DNA from: a virus
DNA length: 5,345 nucleotides
IMG/VR virus record: IMGVR_UViG_3300045988_008543
Location: 1 to 5,345 of that record
Strand: one strand, 5' to 3'
Shown here: positions 4,147 through 5,345 of the stretch, in pieces
How the letters are laid out: every line of letters begins with the position of its first letter
How positions within the stretch are numbered: the stretch's first letter is position 1
The notes under the pieces: generated by a model
What the model saw: only the letters and a program-made list of their open reading frames with translations
Database searches by the model: none
What the model was told of the DNA's origin: nothing
Made by a program: the position numbers and the translations under genes

Positions 4147-5148
4147 GTGCCTTGTTATCATCCCATTTATGCCGTTCGTATCGGCACTAAGGAAAACGGA
4201 AAAGCCGAATTGAAGATGCTCGGTTATACCCCGGATGACTGTGAGACCTATGTCGAATGGCACAATCACCGCTATCCTCGTTCCGCTCTCGTTCCATTGC
4301 CCTGTGGTCAGTGTATCGGATGCCGCATTGACTATTCATGGCAATGGGCAAACCGTTGTTTGCTTGAACTTAAATACCATGATTCCGCTTGGTTCTGCAC
4401 GTTCACCTATGATGATGACCACGTCCCTCGTACTTATTACCCTGATCCTGAAACAGGTGAAGCTATCCCAGCTTTGACCTTACAGAAGCGTGATTTTCAA
4501 CTTTTGATGAAACGTATTCGGAAAAAATTCGAAGATGATAAAATTAGGTTCTTTGCGTCCGGCGAGTACGGATGTCAGACGTTCCGGCCACATTATCACG
4601 CTATTTTGTTTGGTTTACACCTTGATGATCTTCAGCCCTACAAGACCGTCAAGGAAGGAGGTGAGTATTACACTTACTATAACAGTCCCTCGCTCCAAGA
4701 GTGTTGGCCTAATGGCTATGTAGTTGTCGGTGAAGTCACTTGGGAATCCTGTGCATATACCGCCCGCTACGTTATGAAAAAGCTGAAAGGAAAGGAAGCT
4801 ACGTTTTATGCAAATCACAATATTCAGCCTGAGTTTACACTCATGTCCCGAAAGCCTGGGATTGCGCGTGCATATTTCGACGAAAACCCTGATTGCGTTG
4901 AAAAACAGTATATCAACGTTTCTACGCCGAAAGGAGGTAAAAAGTTCAGGCCGCCGAGGTACTATGACAAACTCTTTGACATTGAATGCCCCGAAAAGTC
5001 AGCAGAGTTAAAAGCCCTGCGTGCTAAGCTGGCCCAACAGGCCATGGAAGCTAAACTGTTTAATACGTCTCTTGATTCCTATGAACTTCGAGACGTTGAG
5101 GAAGAAAAACAGTCTAACCGAATCAAATCTTTAAGGAGGAATTTGTAA
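4147..5148 (+). CDS. VP4: Replication initiation protein VP4 (HUH rolling-circle endonuclease, 333 aa, GTG start)
   Basis: GTG 4147 lies 6 nt after GAGGTG (4135-4140). N-terminus is MPCYHP. The Cys cluster is PCGQCIGCR. RCR motif 1 is FCTFTY (from 4393). The HUH motif is RPHYHAILFG (HYH at 4591-4599). The two-tyrosine motif is YTARYVMKK (Y204 at 4756, Y208 at 4768), like phiX174 gpA Y-x-x-x-Y. TAA stop at 5146-5148. Confidence 0.95.
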   Translation: MPCYHPIYAVRIGTKENGKAELKMLGYTPDDCETYVEWHNHRYPRSALVPLPCGQCIGCRIDYSWQWANRCLLELKYHDSAWFCTFTYDDDHVPRTYYPDPETGEAIPALTLQKRDFQLLMKRIRKKFEDDKIRFFASGEYGCQTFRPHYHAILFGLHLDDLQPYKTVKEGGEYYTYYNSPSLQECWPNGYVVVGEVTWESCAYTARYVMKKLKGKEATFYANHNIQPEFTLMSRKPGIARAYFDENPDCVEKQYINVSTPKGGKKFRPPRYYDKLFDIECPEKSAELKALRAKLAQQAMEAKLFNTSLDSYELRDVEEEKQSNRIKSLRRNL

Positions 5149-5255
5149 TGAAAATGCTCAAACGCAAGGATAAGAAGGTGTTCAGCCGAACCGCCGCAAA
5201 GTCCAAGAAAATTAACATAGCTCCAAAAATTTTCCGTGGAGGTATCCGGCTGTGA
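5148..5255 (+). CDS. 35-aa highly basic DNA-binding/packaging protein (phiX174 J-like, gokushovirus ORF8-like): MKMLKRKDKKVFSRTAAKSKKINIAPKIFRGGIRL
   Basis: ATG 5148 overlaps the VP4 stop (TAATG). SD TAAGGAGG at 5132-5139. It has 12 K/R in 35 residues and a C-terminal RGGIRL typical of the family as I recall it. TGA at 5253-5255. The gene spans the linearisation point; its 3' end is repeated at 1..51. Confidence 0.75.
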   Translation: MKMLKRKDKKVFSRTAAKSKKINIAPKIFRGGIRL

Positions 5256-5345
5256 CCCGTGATGATGCTATTTCGGTTTTCGTGGTCTTTCCCCTGATGT
5301 TCAGGATTACATTATTTCCCTATTACGTTTGATTGTGTCCGAATC
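5205..5345. repeat. Second copy of the terminal redundancy (identical to 1..141)
   Basis: Same comparison as for 1..141. The window ends in the middle of the 131-147 palindrome equivalent. Confidence 0.95.

Noticed and set aside
4235-5011. Alternative-frame + strand ORFs inside VP4 (4235..4477, 4535..4723, 4808..5011), by analogy to phiX174 genes B/K inside A
   Set aside because: None has an SD or a recognisable product. Their lengths (62-80 aa) are within chance expectation. The same applies to 1128..1343 and 2124..2333 inside VP1, which have TTG or weak starts.

Overview
The window is a complete, circularly permuted ssDNA phage genome of the Microviridae / Gokushovirinae type. Positions 1..141 are identical to 5205..5345, so the unit length is 5,204 nt. 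All credible genes are on the + strand. Starting from the one convincing promoter near 3935-3963, the order is: 52-aa ORF, VP4 (HUH replication initiator), 35-aa basic J/ORF8-like protein, VP5-like, VP3 (internal scaffold), VP1 (major capsid), leaky intrinsic terminator, VP2 (pilot/minor capsid), 26-aa hydrophobic peptide. Every gene has a strong Shine-Dalgarno site of the AAGGAGG type. Several genes are stop/start overlapped or abutted (ATGA, TAATG, TGA|GTG). The non-canonical part is 3490..4146, between VP2 and VP4. It holds two unannotatable micro-ORFs (26 aa hydrophobic; 52 aa Tyr/His-rich, abutting Rep in the same frame). It also holds three consecutive perfect hairpins (5, 11 and 17 bp stems), a very AT-rich island, two + strand motifs resembling the phiX174 gpA origin core, and a hairpin in which the SD of the first gene is the 3' arm of a terminator-like structure. 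Other points of note are an 11-codon (33-nt) periodic repeat in the C-terminal part of VP2 and a T-rich, low-complexity hypervariable loop in VP1 carrying an overprinted hydrophobic ORF. There are no tRNA, rRNA, CRISPR, integrase or transposase signals. All homology statements are recognition from memory of family motifs, not database searches.
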